Below are positions 37,053 through 48,449 of a DNA stretch of 64,000 nucleotides, piece after piece. Source of the stretch: Cetobacterium sp. (GTDB lineage Bacteria > Fusobacteriota > Fusobacteriia > Fusobacteriales > Fusobacteriaceae). Position 1 is the stretch's first letter. Each line of letters begins with the position of its first letter. The position numbers and the translations under genes are program-made. The DNA lies in NCBI RefSeq assembly GCF_051658645.1, contig NZ_JBOFMZ010000035.1, positions 40,678 through 104,677 on the forward strand, given 5' to 3'. The notes beneath the pieces were generated by a model, which ran no database searches, was not told where the DNA came from, and saw only the letters and a program-made list of their open reading frames with translations.

Positions 37053-37142
37053 TTGCTTGAAAATTAAGTTCACCTTAACAAAGGGTAAACTAAAAATATA
37101 ATAGGAATATATAGATAATATAATCCACTCAGGAGGAAAAAG

Positions 37143-39383
37143 ATGGAAAACTTACAATCTTACTGGTCAGAATTCAAGGGACATTTATGGAAGAAAGAAA
37201 TTAATGTTAGAGATTTCATTCAGAATAACTACACACCTTTCACTGGTGATGAAGAGTTCTTAGTAGGAGCTACTGACAATACAAAAGCTGTTTGGTCAAA
37301 ATTAACAGAAATGTTCAAAGTAGAGGTTGAAAAAGGAGTTTATGACGCAGAAACTAGAACTCCACAATCAATTGATACTTATGGACCTGGATACATTTCA
37401 CAAGAAAATGAATCAATTGTAGGACTTCAAACAGATGCTCCATTAAAAAGAGGAATCTATCCAAAAGGTGGATTAAGAATGGTTGAAAATTCTCTTGAGG
37501 CATATGGATATAAAATAGACCCAATAACAAAAGAGATATTCTCAAGATATAGAAAAACTCATAACGAAGGAGTTTTCTCAGCTTATACTGAAGATATGAT
37601 GGCTGTAAGAAGATCAGGAATAGTAACTGGATTACCAGATGCTTATGGAAGAGGAAGAATAATAGGAGACTACAGAAGAGTAGCTCTATACGGAGTAGAT
37701 AGATTACTTCAAGAGAGAAAATTTGAATTAAAGAAAGCTGAAGCACCAGAATTAACAGATGAAATCATTAGAAAAAGAGAAGAAATTACTGAGCAAATCA
37801 ATGCTTTAAAAGTATTCGTAAAAATGTGTGCTTCTTATGGATTTGACGTAACAAAGCCAGCAACAAACGCTAAAGAAGCTGTACAATGGGTATACTTCGC
37901 TTACTTAGCAGCTACAAAAGATCAAGATGGAGCAGCAATGTCAGTTGGTAGAACTGCTACATTCTTAGACATCTTTATCGAGAAAGATATCGCAGCAGGA
38001 ATTCTTACAGAAACTGAAGCTCAAGATTTAATAGATCAATTTATCATCAAGTTAAGAATAATAAGATTCTTAAGAACTCCAGAATATAATGATTTATTCT
38101 CAGGAGATCCTACTTGGGTAACTGAAGCTTTAGGAGGAGAAGGTGTAGATGGTAGAACTTTAGTAACTAAAACTGCTTTTAGATACTTAAATACTCTTTA
38201 CAACTTAGGTCCAGCTCCAGAGCCAAACTTAACAGTATTATGGTCACAAAAATCTCCAGAAAACTGGAAAAACTTCTGTGCAAAAGTGTCAATAGATACA
38301 TCAGCTATTCAATATGAAAACGATGATTTAATGAGACATGATTTAGGTGACGATTATGGAATCGCATGTTGCGTATCTCCAATGAAAATAGGAAAGCAAA
38401 TGCAATTCTTCGGAGCTAGAGTAAATTTACCAAAAGCTTTATTATATGTAATCAACGGAGGAAGAGACGAGAAGTCAGGAGCACAAGTAGCGCCTAAATT
38501 CGAAGGAATCACTTCTGAGTATTTAGATTTCAATGAAGTAATGGAAAAATATGATGCAATGTTAAAATGGTTAGCTGGAGTATATATTAATGCTCTTAAA
38601 GTTATCCACTATATGCATGATAAATATTCTTATGAATCATTTGCAATGTCACTTCATGATGTTGAAGTTTTAAGAACTCAAGCATCTGGAATTGCAGGAT
38701 TGTCAATTGTTGCTGACTCATTAGCAGCTATTAGAGACACAAGAGTAAGAGTAATTAGAGACGAAAGAGGAATTGCTGTAGACTTCGAAAGAGAAGGAGA
38801 ATATGTAGCATTCGGAAATAATGATGATAATACAGATAAATTAGCTGTTGAAATTATGGAGAAATTCATGAACTACATCAGAACTCACGAAACTTACAGA
38901 AACTCAAAAGCAACTCAATCGATCTTAACAATTACTTCAAACGTAGTTTATGGAAAGAAAACTGGAACAACTCCTTGTGGAAGAGCAGCAGGAACTCCAT
39001 TCTCTCCAGGAGCTAATCCAATGAACGGAAGAGATAAAAGAGGAGCTGTAGCAGCACTTGCTTCAGTAGCTAAGTTACCATTCCACCATGCAGAAGATGG
39101 AATTTCTTACACATTCGCAATTACTCCAGGAGCTTTAGGAAAATCTAGAGAAGAAAGAGTAGAGAATTTAGTAGGATTAATGGATGGATACTTCACAGCT
39201 GATGGAGGACAACATTTAAACGTTAACGTATTTGATAGAGCTTTATTAGAGGATGCTATGGCTAACCCTGAGAAGTACCCTCAATTAACAATCAGAGTTT
39301 CTGGATATGCAGTTAACTTTGTAAGATTAACAAAAGAGCAACAATTAGACGTTATATCAAGAACGATAAACGGAAATATGTAA
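37143..39383 (+). CDS. pflB: Pyruvate formate-lyase
   Basis: [17 protein letters not shown], active-site GIACCVS, glycyl-radical motif IRVSGY. Confidence 0.98.
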   Translation: MENLQSYWSEFKGHLWKKEINVRDFIQNNYTPFTGDEEFLVGATDNTKAVWSKLTEMFKVEVEKGVYDAETRTPQSIDTYGPGYISQENESIVGLQTDAPLKRGIYPKGGLRMVENSLEAYGYKIDPITKEIFSRYRKTHNEGVFSAYTEDMMAVRRSGIVTGLPDAYGRGRIIGDYRRVALYGVDRLLQERKFELKKAEAPELTDEIIRKREEITEQINALKVFVKMCASYGFDVTKPATNAKEAVQWVYFAYLAATKDQDGAAMSVGRTATFLDIFIEKDIAAGILTETEAQDLIDQFIIKLRIIRFLRTPEYNDLFSGDPTWVTEALGGEGVDGRTLVTKTAFRYLNTLYNLGPAPEPNLTVLWSQKSPENWKNFCAKVSIDTSAIQYENDDLMRHDLGDDYGIACCVSPMKIGKQMQFFGARVNLPKALLYVINGGRDEKSGAQVAPKFEGITSEYLDFNEVMEKYDAMLKWLAGVYINALKVIHYMHDKYSYESFAMSLHDVEVLRTQASGIAGLSIVADSLAAIRDTRVRVIRDERGIAVDFEREGEYVAFGNNDDNTDKLAVEIMEKFMNYIRTHETYRNSKATQSILTITSNVVYGKKTGTTPCGRAAGTPFSPGANPMNGRDKRGAVAALASVAKLPFHHAEDGISYTFAITPGALGKSREERVENLVGLMDGYFTADGGQHLNVNVFDRALLEDAMANPEKYPQLTIRVSGYAVNFVRLTKEQQLDVISRTINGNM

Positions 39384-39405
39384 TAATAAAAGGATGTGCT
39401 AAGAA

Positions 39406-40131
39406 ATGAAAAAGGGATTTATTCACTCACATGAGAGCTTTGGAACTGTAGATGGACCTGGTATTAGATATGTGATATTTACTCAAGGGTGTCCTTTGAG
39501 ATGTAAATATTGTCATAATTGTGATACTTGGAAAAAAGAGGACGCAAAATCTTTAGAGACTCCTGAAGAAACTTTCTTAGAAATCTGTAAATATAAAAAC
39601 TTTATAAAAAAAGGTGGAGTAACGGTGACAGGTGGTGATCCGTTAACTCAACCTGAGTATGTAAAAGAATTATTGAGACTTTGTAAAAAAGAAGGTATTC
39701 ATACAGCTATTGATACTTCAGGATATTTATTTAATGATAAAGTTAAAGAAGCTTTAGAGTATGTAGACCTTGTTTTGTTAGATATAAAGTCAATAGATTC
39801 AGTACAATACAAAGAATTGACTGGTGTAGAGTTAGAACCTACTTTACAATTTGCACAATATTTAAAGGAAATTGGAAAACCAATGTGGGTAAGACACGTT
39901 GTTGTTCCAGGAATTACTGATAATGATGAGTTGTTAGAAAAACTAGCCGACTATTTAAAAGATTTTGATAATCTTCAAAAAGTAGAAGTTTTACCATACC
40001 ACTCTTTAGGAGAGTATAAATGGCAAAAAATAGGTTTAGAGTATCCTTTAAAAGGTGTTGAACAACTTTCAGCTGAAAGATTTGAAAATGCTAAAAAGAT
40101 ATTTGAGAGTAGAGGATTATCAGTTAAATAG
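39406..40131 (+). CDS. pflA: Pyruvate formate-lyase activating enzyme (radical SAM)
   Basis: ESFGTVDGPG, CPLRCKYCHN, TGGDP, LPYH. Confidence 0.96.
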   Translation: MKKGFIHSHESFGTVDGPGIRYVIFTQGCPLRCKYCHNCDTWKKEDAKSLETPEETFLEICKYKNFIKKGGVTVTGGDPLTQPEYVKELLRLCKKEGIHTAIDTSGYLFNDKVKEALEYVDLVLLDIKSIDSVQYKELTGVELEPTLQFAQYLKEIGKPMWVRHVVVPGITDNDELLEKLADYLKDFDNLQKVEVLPYHSLGEYKWQKIGLEYPLKGVEQLSAERFENAKKIFESRGLSVK

Positions 40132-40141
40132 TAAAGTTTTG

Positions 40142-40179
40142 ACTACCTTAGAGCCAAAAAGTTCTAAGGTAGTTTTTTT
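40142..40179 (+). terminator. Intrinsic terminator after pflA
   Basis: ACTACCTTAGA...TCTAAGGTAGT followed by a T run. Confidence 0.85.
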
Positions 40180-40234
40180 ATATATTTTAATTGAAAATAT
40201 GATATAATTAAAAGAAAAAAAGAAGGAGAAATTA

Positions 40235-41245
40235 ATGATAATATTAGGAATAGAAACATCTTGTGATGAAACATCAATAGCTGTTTTAAAAGATGGGAAA
40301 GAAGTTTTATCTAATAGTATTTCATCTCAGATAGATATACACAAAGAGTATGGTGGGGTAGTTCCAGAGATAGCGTCTAGACATCATATAAAGAATATAG
40401 CAACAATTTTAGAAGAAAGTTTAGAAGAAGCTAATATAACGATGGAAGACGTAGATTATATAGCAGTTACATATGCTCCAGGACTTATAGGAGCGCTTCT
40501 TGTAGGAATATCTTTTGCAAAAGGGTTGTCTTACGGTCACGATATCCCTTTAATACCTGTTCATCATATAAAAGCACATATATATGGAAACTTTATAGAG
40601 CACGACATAGAATTACCTTGTATAGCTTTAGTAGTATCTGGTGGGCATACAAATATAATACATATAGATAAAGAACACAATTTTATTAATTTAGGAGCAA
40701 CTTTAGATGATGCAGTAGGAGAAAGTTATGATAAAGTTGCTAGAGTTATGGGAATTGGATATCCAGGTGGTCCAATCGTAGATAAACTATCATACAAAGG
40801 AAATAAAGATTCTTTGAAAATTCCAGAACCAAAAGTGGATGGTTATAACTTTAGTTTCTCTGGAATAAAAACATCGGTTATAAACGCAGTAAATAAAGCA
40901 AAAATGAAAGGTGAAGAGTTTAAGCCAGAGGACTTATCTGCAGCTTTCCAAGATAGAGTTGTAGATATATTGTGTAAGAAAACATTGAAAGCTGTGCAAG
41001 ATAAAGGTGTAAAACAAGTTGTAATAGCAGGAGGAGTAGCAGCAAATTCTTTATTAAGAAGTGAGTTAAGTAAAAGAGCTGAGAAAATAGGTGTAAAAGT
41101 TTCTTATCCTTCTATATCTTATTGTACAGACAATGCAGCTATGATTGCTGAAGCAGCTTACTATAAGTTGAAATATGGAAAAGGAACTATTTTTGCAGAT
41201 TTAACTTTAAATGGAAAAGCAACATTAGATATAATGAAAGACTAA
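40235..41245 (+). CDS. tsaD: tRNA N6-threonylcarbamoyladenosine transferase TsaD
   Basis: LGIETSCDET, GGVVPE, HHIKAH, VSGGHT, DDAVGE, CTDNAAMI. Confidence 0.97.
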   Translation: MIILGIETSCDETSIAVLKDGKEVLSNSISSQIDIHKEYGGVVPEIASRHHIKNIATILEESLEEANITMEDVDYIAVTYAPGLIGALLVGISFAKGLSYGHDIPLIPVHHIKAHIYGNFIEHDIELPCIALVVSGGHTNIIHIDKEHNFINLGATLDDAVGESYDKVARVMGIGYPGGPIVDKLSYKGNKDSLKIPEPKVDGYNFSFSGIKTSVINAVNKAKMKGEEFKPEDLSAAFQDRVVDILCKKTLKAVQDKGVKQVVIAGGVAANSLLRSELSKRAEKIGVKVSYPSISYCTDNAAMIAEAAYYKLKYGKGTIFADLTLNGKATLDIMKD

Positions 41246-41249
41246 ACAC

Positions 41250-41273
41250 TACCCCAAACCTTTGGGGTATTTT
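41250..41273 (+). terminator. Intrinsic terminator after tsaD
   Basis: TACCCCAAA-CC-TTTGGGGTA then TTTT. Confidence 0.7.
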
Positions 41274-41276
41274 AAA

Positions 41277-41305
41277 TTGAAAAAGAGTTGAAAATATGGT
41301 AGAAT
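41277..41305 (+). promoter_or_regulatory. Sigma70-type promoter for the dusB-mutS-lpt-alaS-secDF run
   Basis: TTGAAA (41277-41282) - 17 nt - TAGAAT (41300-41305), with TATG extended -10. Confidence 0.65.
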
Positions 41306-41340
41306 TTTTGGATGACAACGTTTTATTTTGGAGGTAAAAA

Positions 41341-42276
41341 TTGAAAATATATATTGCTCCCTTAGCAGGAGTTACAGATTATACATTTAGAGGAATACTA
41401 GAAGAATATAAACCAGACCTTATGTTTACGGAAATGGTAAGTATAAATGCTTTAGAGATGGAAAATGAAAAGACATTAAATCAAATTCTAAAAATAAGAG
41501 AGGGAGAAGCTGTTCAAATTTTTGGAAGAGATGTTGAAAAGATGGTTCATAGTGCTAAATATATAACTGAAAAATTAGGTGTAAAACATATAGATGTAAA
41601 TGCAGGATGTCCTGTGAATAAAATAATAAAAAACGGTTATGGTGCTGCTCTTTTAGAGGATCCAGATCAAATTAAAAAAATATTATGTGAAATAAGAGCT
41701 AATATAGCGGATGATGTAGATTTATCTTTAAAAACTAGAGTAGGATATAAAGGTTTAAAACAACATAGATTAGTTGGTAAGATTGCCGAAGAAGCAGGTT
41801 GTAAGCATATAACAATACACGGAAGAACAAGAGAACAAATGTATAGTGGAACTGCTGATTGGGATTTGATAAAAGAAGTAAAAGAAAATGTTCGTATTGA
41901 AGTAATAGGAAACGGAGATATATTTACAGCTGAAGATGCATATGAAAAAGTAAAACATTCAGGTGTAGATGGAATAATGTTAGCTAGAGGTATTTGTGGT
42001 AATCCTTGGTTAATTCAACAAATTAGAGAGAAGTTTAAAACTGGAGCAGTGGAAACAATTTTAACACCAGAAATGAGAATAGATATGGCTATGAAACATA
42101 CTCTTCAAGCTAAATTGGATAATCCTAATAAAAAATTTTTATTTGAATTAAGAAAACATCTTTGTTGGTATTTAAAAGGTATTAGAAATGGAGCGTTTTT
42201 AAAAGGAGCTATAAATCAAATTGATGATTATGATGAATTAATAGCATTGTTAGAGAGAGCAAAGGAAAATTTGTAG
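41341..42276 (+). CDS. dusB: tRNA-dihydrouridine synthase (DusB-like), TTG start
   Basis: APLAGVTD, NAGCP (catalytic Cys), IHGRT, GNGDI, MLARG. Confidence 0.88.
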   Translation: MKIYIAPLAGVTDYTFRGILEEYKPDLMFTEMVSINALEMENEKTLNQILKIREGEAVQIFGRDVEKMVHSAKYITEKLGVKHIDVNAGCPVNKIIKNGYGAALLEDPDQIKKILCEIRANIADDVDLSLKTRVGYKGLKQHRLVGKIAEEAGCKHITIHGRTREQMYSGTADWDLIKEVKENVRIEVIGNGDIFTAEDAYEKVKHSGVDGIMLARGICGNPWLIQQIREKFKTGAVETILTPEMRIDMAMKHTLQAKLDNPNKKFLFELRKHLCWYLKGIRNGAFLKGAINQIDDYDELIALLERAKENL

Positions 42277-42291
42277 TAAGGAGATGATTTT

Positions 42292-44913
42292 TTGTCAGCA
42301 GATACACCATTAATGACCCAGTATAAAGAGATAAAAGAACAAAATCAAGATAGTGTCCTTTTTTTTAGATTAGGAGATTTTTATGAAATGTTTTTTGAAG
42401 ATGCAGTAACTGTTTCAAGAGAGTTAGGATTAACTTTAACGAGTAGAAACAAAGAAAAAGGAATAGAGGTTCCTTTAGCGGGAATTCCTTACCATTCATC
42501 ATCAGGCTATATAGGAAAATTAGTAGCCAAAGGATATAAAGTTTCTATTTGTGAGCAAGTAGAAGATCCTAAAACAGCAAAAGGCATTGTAAAAAGAGAA
42601 GTAGTTAGAGTAATAACTCCAGGAACAATAATTGATACAGAATATCTAGATGAAAAAAGTAATAATTATTTGATGGGTATAGTATTAAAAAAAGAATCTA
42701 TTGGTTTAACATATATTGATATAACAACAGGAGAGTTTGTAGCTAGTGAAAAACCAAAAACAGAAGATTATGTATATAAAATATTAGGTGAAATAAATAA
42801 AATTTCTCCAAGAGAAGTTTTAATTGATGAAAACTCATATCCAGAATTAGAAAAAGAGTTGAAGCAGTTTGCTCAAATAAATAAAATAAATATAAATTCA
42901 TGTTTGAAGGTAAAAAAAAGTGAGGAGTATTTAAAGGAATATTTTAATATAATTTCTTTAGATAGTTTTGACTTAAATGGGAAAAACTCTGCAGTAGATG
43001 CAGCAGCTATGGTTTTAGATTATGTTTTAGATCTTCAAAAAGGAAACGAAATCCCAGTTGATAAGATTGTCTATTCTGGTAGTGAAAATATAATGGAATT
43101 AAATTTAACAACTCAAAGAAATTTAGATATAGTTGCTTCTAATAGGGAGAACGGAGTTTTGGGAACTCTTCAGTGGGTTTTGGATGGGTGTAAAAGTTCA
43201 ATGGGAAGCAGATTGTTAAAACATTTTTTAAAAAATCCATCAACATCTAAAAATGTAATACTAGAAAGACAAAAAGATATAGATTTCTTCTATGAAAATG
43301 TTCTTTTAAGAGAAGAAGTAAGAGAAAGATTGAAAGAAATTTATGATATAGAAAGAATAATAGGTAAATTGGTTTTAGGAAATGAGAATGCAAGAGACTT
43401 GGTGGCATTAAAAAAATCAATTTTAAATAGTTTAGAGATTTATAAAGTTTTAAAAGGTGCTGAAATATTTAATATAGCTTTAGATGAACTAGTTCAAATA
43501 TATAATTTGATAGAAAAAGCTATAAAAGATGAGGTTCCATTCTCTATAAGAGAAGGTGGAATGATAGAAAAAGGATATAATCAAGCTTTAGATGAACTAC
43601 ATAATATATCTAACAACGGGAAAGATACAATACTAGAAATAGAGAATAGAGAAAGAGAAAGAACAGGTATTAAAGGGTTAAAAATAAAATATAACAAAGT
43701 ATTCGGATATTTTATAGAGGTTACAAAAGCAAATATTCATCTAGTTCCAGATGATTATATAAGAAAGCAAACTTTGGCAAATGCAGAAAGATATATAGTT
43801 GAAGATTTGAAAATATATGAAGAGAAAGTACTGAATGCTAAAGATAAAATCGAAAATTTAGAATATATTTTATTCAAAGAAGTATCAGAAGAAATAAAAA
43901 AATATAGAGGTATACTTCATAAGTTAGCTTATAAAATAGCATATTTAGATGTAATCTCTAATTTTTCTTATATAGCAACAAAAAATAGCTATATAAAACC
44001 AGAGATAACAGAATCAGGAGATATGGAGATTATAGGTGGAAGACACCCTATTGTAGAGCAGCTTGTAGGTAGAGAAAACTTTGTAAAAAATAACATTGTT
44101 TTAAATGATGATAAAAACTTAATAATCTTAACTGGACCAAATATGTCTGGAAAATCTACTTATATGAAACAAGTAGCATTAATTTTAATTATGGCACATA
44201 TGGGTTGTTATGTTCCAGCGGAATATGCTAAAATAGGAATAGTTGATAAAATATTTACAAGAATAGGAGCAAGTGATGATTTAGTTACAGGGCAATCAAC
44301 GTTTATGTTAGAGATGACAGAAGTTGCAAATATTGTAAATAGTTCTACAAAAGACTCTTTTATTATTTTAGATGAAATAGGAAGAGGAACATCAACATTT
44401 GATGGAATTTCAATAGCAACATCAATAACAGAGTATATTCATGACAATATAAAAGCTAAAACTATTTTTGCAACACATTATCATGAATTGACACAACTAG
44501 AAAGTAAACTGAGTAAATCAGCTAATTTTAGAATAGAAGTTAAGGAAGAGGAAAAAGAGATCACTTTTTTAAGAGAGATTGTAAGAGGTGGAGCAGATAA
44601 ATCTTATGGTATAGAAGTAGCTAGATTAGCTGGTCTTCCCAAAGAAATTCTAGATAGAGCAAAAGAGATGTTAAAAGTTTTAGAAAATAGAAAAATGATA
44701 ATAGAAAAAAAAGTAAAAAAAGAGCAACTAATATTATTTGGAGATTTTGAACCTGAAATTAAAGAAGAATTAATAAAAAAAGAAGAAAAAGTTGTTGAAT
44801 TAGAAAATGAGGAAAAAATAGTTTTGCGTCTTTTAAAAGAGATTCAACTTGATAAAATAACACCTTTAGAAGCATTTTTAAAGCTAAATGAATTAAAACG
44901 TATCTTAAACTAG
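42292..44913 (+). CDS. mutS: DNA mismatch repair protein MutS, TTG start
   Basis: TPLMTQY, FRLGDFYEMF, GPNMSGKSTY, STFMLEM, DEIGRGTST, THYHEL, SYGIEVA. Confidence 0.97.
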   Translation: MSADTPLMTQYKEIKEQNQDSVLFFRLGDFYEMFFEDAVTVSRELGLTLTSRNKEKGIEVPLAGIPYHSSSGYIGKLVAKGYKVSICEQVEDPKTAKGIVKREVVRVITPGTIIDTEYLDEKSNNYLMGIVLKKESIGLTYIDITTGEFVASEKPKTEDYVYKILGEINKISPREVLIDENSYPELEKELKQFAQINKININSCLKVKKSEEYLKEYFNIISLDSFDLNGKNSAVDAAAMVLDYVLDLQKGNEIPVDKIVYSGSENIMELNLTTQRNLDIVASNRENGVLGTLQWVLDGCKSSMGSRLLKHFLKNPSTSKNVILERQKDIDFFYENVLLREEVRERLKEIYDIERIIGKLVLGNENARDLVALKKSILNSLEIYKVLKGAEIFNIALDELVQIYNLIEKAIKDEVPFSIREGGMIEKGYNQALDELHNISNNGKDTILEIENRERERTGIKGLKIKYNKVFGYFIEVTKANIHLVPDDYIRKQTLANAERYIVEDLKIYEEKVLNAKDKIENLEYILFKEVSEEIKKYRGILHKLAYKIAYLDVISNFSYIATKNSYIKPEITESGDMEIIGGRHPIVEQLVGRENFVKNNIVLNDDKNLIILTGPNMSGKSTYMKQVALILIMAHMGCYVPAEYAKIGIVDKIFTRIGASDDLVTGQSTFMLEMTEVANIVNSSTKDSFIILDEIGRGTSTFDGISIATSITEYIHDNIKAKTIFATHYHELTQLESKLSKSANFRIEVKEEEKEITFLREIVRGGADKSYGIEVARLAGLPKEILDRAKEMLKVLENRKMIIEKKVKKEQLILFGDFEPEIKEELIKKEEKVVELENEEKIVLRLLKEIQLDKITPLEAFLKLNELKRILN

Positions 44914-44923
44914 GAGGCATCAC

Positions 44924-47680
44924 ATGGATAAAAAAAAGTTAGCCTATAGAGTTATAATAGTATCAGTGTTGGTTTTGGGATATTTCAATTATTTTGGTGA
45001 AGAGAAAAAGATAGAGAAAAAAGAAGATGTTATAGAAACTATAGGTGCTATATATGATACAGATGGATATCATATAGAAGCTGAAAAACAAAATGATTTC
45101 GTTAAAACAAATGAAACAACTTTTGAAAAAGCAAAAGCAGTTTTAGATGGAATGATTTTAACAGGTGACAGTGCTATTTTAGATGCGGGAAAAAACTTGT
45201 TACTAAAATCAAATATATTAGGAAAAAGTTTAACAGGCTGGGAATTTGAAACACAAGAAGCTAAATATACTAAAGAGAATGGTGAGATAGAGTCAACGAT
45301 TGGTGTAGTTGCAGTTAATAAAGAAAAAGATATAGAAGTTTCTGGTCAAAATTTTAAGAGTGATCTTAAAATGGAGAATGTAGTTTTATCTGGTGATGTT
45401 AAGTTTAAAACAAAAAATTTGACATTATCAGCAGAAGCAGCAAACTATAATGATAAAGATAAAATACTGAATATAAATGGAAAAGCATTTTTATCTGGAA
45501 GCGATATAGGAGAAAATTCTGGAGTATTAACAGGTAATTTTGAAGGTCTAAAGTATGATACTACAACTAATTTATTAAAAAGTTCAAATCCATTTGAAGT
45601 GGATTATAATGGAATTAAGCTCTATGGAGAAGATTTGGTTTTAAATGATAAAACACAATCTTTTGAAATTAGCAAGAATGTTTATATTTTAGCAGATGGT
45701 TATAAAATAGATATGAAAAGTATAACTTCTGATGGTGGAGATAACATTAATTTTAATGGAAAGATTAAAGGTAGCAATGGAATCTATTCATTTACAGGAG
45801 ATAGTGGTTTATATAATAAAATTACTAAGAAACTTATTATTACAGGAAACGTAAATGGAATAGATAAAGATGGAGCAAAATTATTAGCAGACATGGCAAT
45901 ATACTCAACAGACAAAAAAGAATTAGAACTAATATCTGATAAAAATATAGAATATACAAGTCCTACAAACAAGATATTCACTAAGAATCTAGTTTATTTA
46001 AGTGAAACAGGTGAATTATATTTAAAAGATGGATATACATATTTTAGTGATAAGTATGACAGTAAAGGTCAAAAATTCTTCTATAACAAATTAACTGGAA
46101 AAGGCTATGTTGTAAAAGGACAAGTTAAAGATAACATTGAAAAAAAGATAGCTTCTGGTAATAGAATTGATTTTGATAGAAATGAAGAGAGTTATTTAAT
46201 CGATGGCGAAGGATCTTTTGAAAATATACAGTATATATTTGAAAGTTCTAAAATTGATTATTTAGGAAAAAAAGGATTTGTTTATATTCCTGAAAAATAT
46301 ATATTAAAAAGAAAAATAGAAAAAGATACTTTTGAAGGATTAAAAGGTGAGTATAACTTATTAACAGAGATATTTAAATCTTTTGGAGCGTTTAAATATT
46401 TAAGTGCTGATAATATTTTAGAAGGAACAAATTTAGAATTTAATCAAAAAACAGGAATTGGAAAGATAGAGAAAGATTTAGTAGCAATAGATAAAAAAGA
46501 TGGCACAAAAATCGTTTCAACAACTGGTGAATTTAAACAAAATGAGTTCGTAAAAATAAAAGATAAATTAGTATTAACAAGTGGAGATATTGTAGCTAAT
46601 GCTAACTCAGCAGATTATATAATGAAAGATCAAAAAATATATATCCCAGGAGAGATAGTATTTAAAGATACAATAAAGAAAAGTTCTGGGAAAATGTTTA
46701 ATGGAATCTACGAAACTGAAAAAAAATTATTTGTTGGGGAAAAATTTAGTGGAAAAGATGTGAAGAATACCTTAAAAAGTGATATAATAAAGTACTTTGT
46801 TTCAGAAGGAGATATTATTCTTGAAGGAAATGCAGAGATTAAAGATGAAATATCTACTTTAAAAGGTGAGCGATTAGAGTACAATCAAAATACCGAAATA
46901 GCTAAATCAACTAAGCCTGTTAATATTAAATATACTGATTATGATATTAATATGAAAAATGGAACTTTAAACAAAAAAACTAGTCTTTTAAATGGAGATA
47001 GTGTAACAATAAAATCTAAATTAAATGAAGAGTTTAAAGGAGATAGAGTAGAGGGAACTTTGCAAAATATGAATTTAGACTTTATTGATAATGTTTCAGG
47101 AAATATATATCAAGATGGAGTTCCTGTGAACTTTAAAGGCGATTTTGTTAGAGCATATTTTAAAAAGAATACAGAAGGTAAAAATGAGATTCAAAGGGTA
47201 GAGATTAGAAAAAATGCTATAATACAAAAAGAGGAAACAACGTTATATTCAGATTATTTAGAAATACAACCTCAAAAAAAATTAGTGTTTGGAAAAGATA
47301 ATACAAAAGCTATAATGAAAGATAAAGATGGAGTAATAACAACAGTAACTGCTAATATGATGAATGGAAATTTAGATACTCAGATTATAGATTTAGTGGG
47401 AAAAGTTGTAATAATAAGAAAAGATAAAGAGAAAACTTTAAATGCTACTTCAACAAAAGCAAAGCTGAAGAATAAAGAAAACTTAGCAGAGCTAAGAGGA
47501 GATGTTTTTGTAGATGATGGAGATTCAATAGTTACAGCAGATGAAGTAGATTATAATATGAAAACAAATAAAGCAAAAGCTAGAGGAAATGTTTTTGTAG
47601 ATTATAAAGTAAACGAGAATAAAACTATGAATAACAATAACGAAATAAATTCAGGATACAACAAAATTATAAAAAAATAA
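44924..47680 (+). CDS. Membrane-anchored tandem LptC/LptA (OstA-like beta-jellyroll) protein
   Basis: N-terminal TM helix, then repeated jellyroll-like strands (e.g. LSAEAANYNDKDKILNI, LKGERLEYNQNTE, VTADEVDYNMKTNKAKARGNV); immediately upstream of lptB. Confidence 0.75.
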   Translation: MDKKKLAYRVIIVSVLVLGYFNYFGEEKKIEKKEDVIETIGAIYDTDGYHIEAEKQNDFVKTNETTFEKAKAVLDGMILTGDSAILDAGKNLLLKSNILGKSLTGWEFETQEAKYTKENGEIESTIGVVAVNKEKDIEVSGQNFKSDLKMENVVLSGDVKFKTKNLTLSAEAANYNDKDKILNINGKAFLSGSDIGENSGVLTGNFEGLKYDTTTNLLKSSNPFEVDYNGIKLYGEDLVLNDKTQSFEISKNVYILADGYKIDMKSITSDGGDNINFNGKIKGSNGIYSFTGDSGLYNKITKKLIITGNVNGIDKDGAKLLADMAIYSTDKKELELISDKNIEYTSPTNKIFTKNLVYLSETGELYLKDGYTYFSDKYDSKGQKFFYNKLTGKGYVVKGQVKDNIEKKIASGNRIDFDRNEESYLIDGEGSFENIQYIFESSKIDYLGKKGFVYIPEKYILKRKIEKDTFEGLKGEYNLLTEIFKSFGAFKYLSADNILEGTNLEFNQKTGIGKIEKDLVAIDKKDGTKIVSTTGEFKQNEFVKIKDKLVLTSGDIVANANSADYIMKDQKIYIPGEIVFKDTIKKSSGKMFNGIYETEKKLFVGEKFSGKDVKNTLKSDIIKYFVSEGDIILEGNAEIKDEISTLKGERLEYNQNTEIAKSTKPVNIKYTDYDINMKNGTLNKKTSLLNGDSVTIKSKLNEEFKGDRVEGTLQNMNLDFIDNVSGNIYQDGVPVNFKGDFVRAYFKKNTEGKNEIQRVEIRKNAIIQKEETTLYSDYLEIQPQKKLVFGKDNTKAIMKDKDGVITTVTANMMNGNLDTQIIDLVGKVVIIRKDKEKTLNATSTKAKLKNKENLAELRGDVFVDDGDSIVTADEVDYNMKTNKAKARGNVFVDYKVNENKTMNNNNEINSGYNKIIKK

Positions 47681-47689
47681 GGAGAACTT

Positions 47690-48415
47690 ATGAGAAGTAT
47701 AGTTGCTCAAGGATTGTGTAAAAGTTATAAAAAAAGGCAAGTTGTTAATGAAGTGAGTTTAGAAGTTAAAAAAGGTGAAATAGTAGGATTACTAGGTCCT
47801 AATGGAGCTGGAAAGACAACAACGTTTTATATGATAACAGGAATTGTAAAACCTGAAAAAGGTACAGTTTTCATAAATGAAGTTGATATAACAGATTATC
47901 CAATGTATAAAAGAGCAGATATGGGAATAGGTTATTTAGCTCAAGAACCATCAATATTTAGAGAATTATCGGTTGAAGATAACATATTGGCAATATTAGA
48001 AATGAAAGGTTTTTCAAAAGATGAGCAACAGAAAAAAATGAAAGATTTATTAGAAGAGTTTAAGTTAAGTCATGTTGCAAAATCTATGGGATATTCTCTT
48101 TCTGGTGGAGAGAGAAGAAGAGTAGAGATAGCCAGAACAATAGCTAATAATCCAGATTTTATATTGCTTGACGAACCTTTTGCAGGAGTAGATCCAATTG
48201 CAGTAGAGGATATTCAACAAATTATTAGATATTTAAAAGAAAGAGGATTGGGAATTTTGATAACAGACCATTCAGTTAGAGAAACACTATCAATAACAGA
48301 CAAAGCATATATAATGGCTAATGGAAAAGTTTTGATAAGTGGAACTCCAGAAGAGATTGCAAATGATCCAATTGCTAAAAAAGTGTATTTAGGTGAAAAC
48401 TTTAAATTAGATTAA
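47690..48415 (+). CDS. lptB: LPS export ABC transporter ATP-binding protein
   Basis: [41 protein letters not shown]. Confidence 0.95.
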   Translation: MRSIVAQGLCKSYKKRQVVNEVSLEVKKGEIVGLLGPNGAGKTTTFYMITGIVKPEKGTVFINEVDITDYPMYKRADMGIGYLAQEPSIFRELSVEDNILAILEMKGFSKDEQQKKMKDLLEEFKLSHVAKSMGYSLSGGERRRVEIARTIANNPDFILLDEPFAGVDPIAVEDIQQIIRYLKERGLGILITDHSVRETLSITDKAYIMANGKVLISGTPEEIANDPIAKKVYLGENFKLD

Positions 48416-48449
48416 ATAAAATTTTAAAAATAGTGGAGGAAACAAAAAG

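Noticed and set aside
37053-37142. Possible riboswitch or structured leader upstream of pflB
   Set aside because: Only a weak, mismatched hairpin in a short AT-rich leader; no recognisable aptamer or terminator.
40191-41305. Near-identical 18-mers TTGAAAATATG(A/G)TA(T/G)AAT before tsaD and dusB
   Set aside because: Explained by the standard TRTG extended -10 promoter consensus, not a specific operator.
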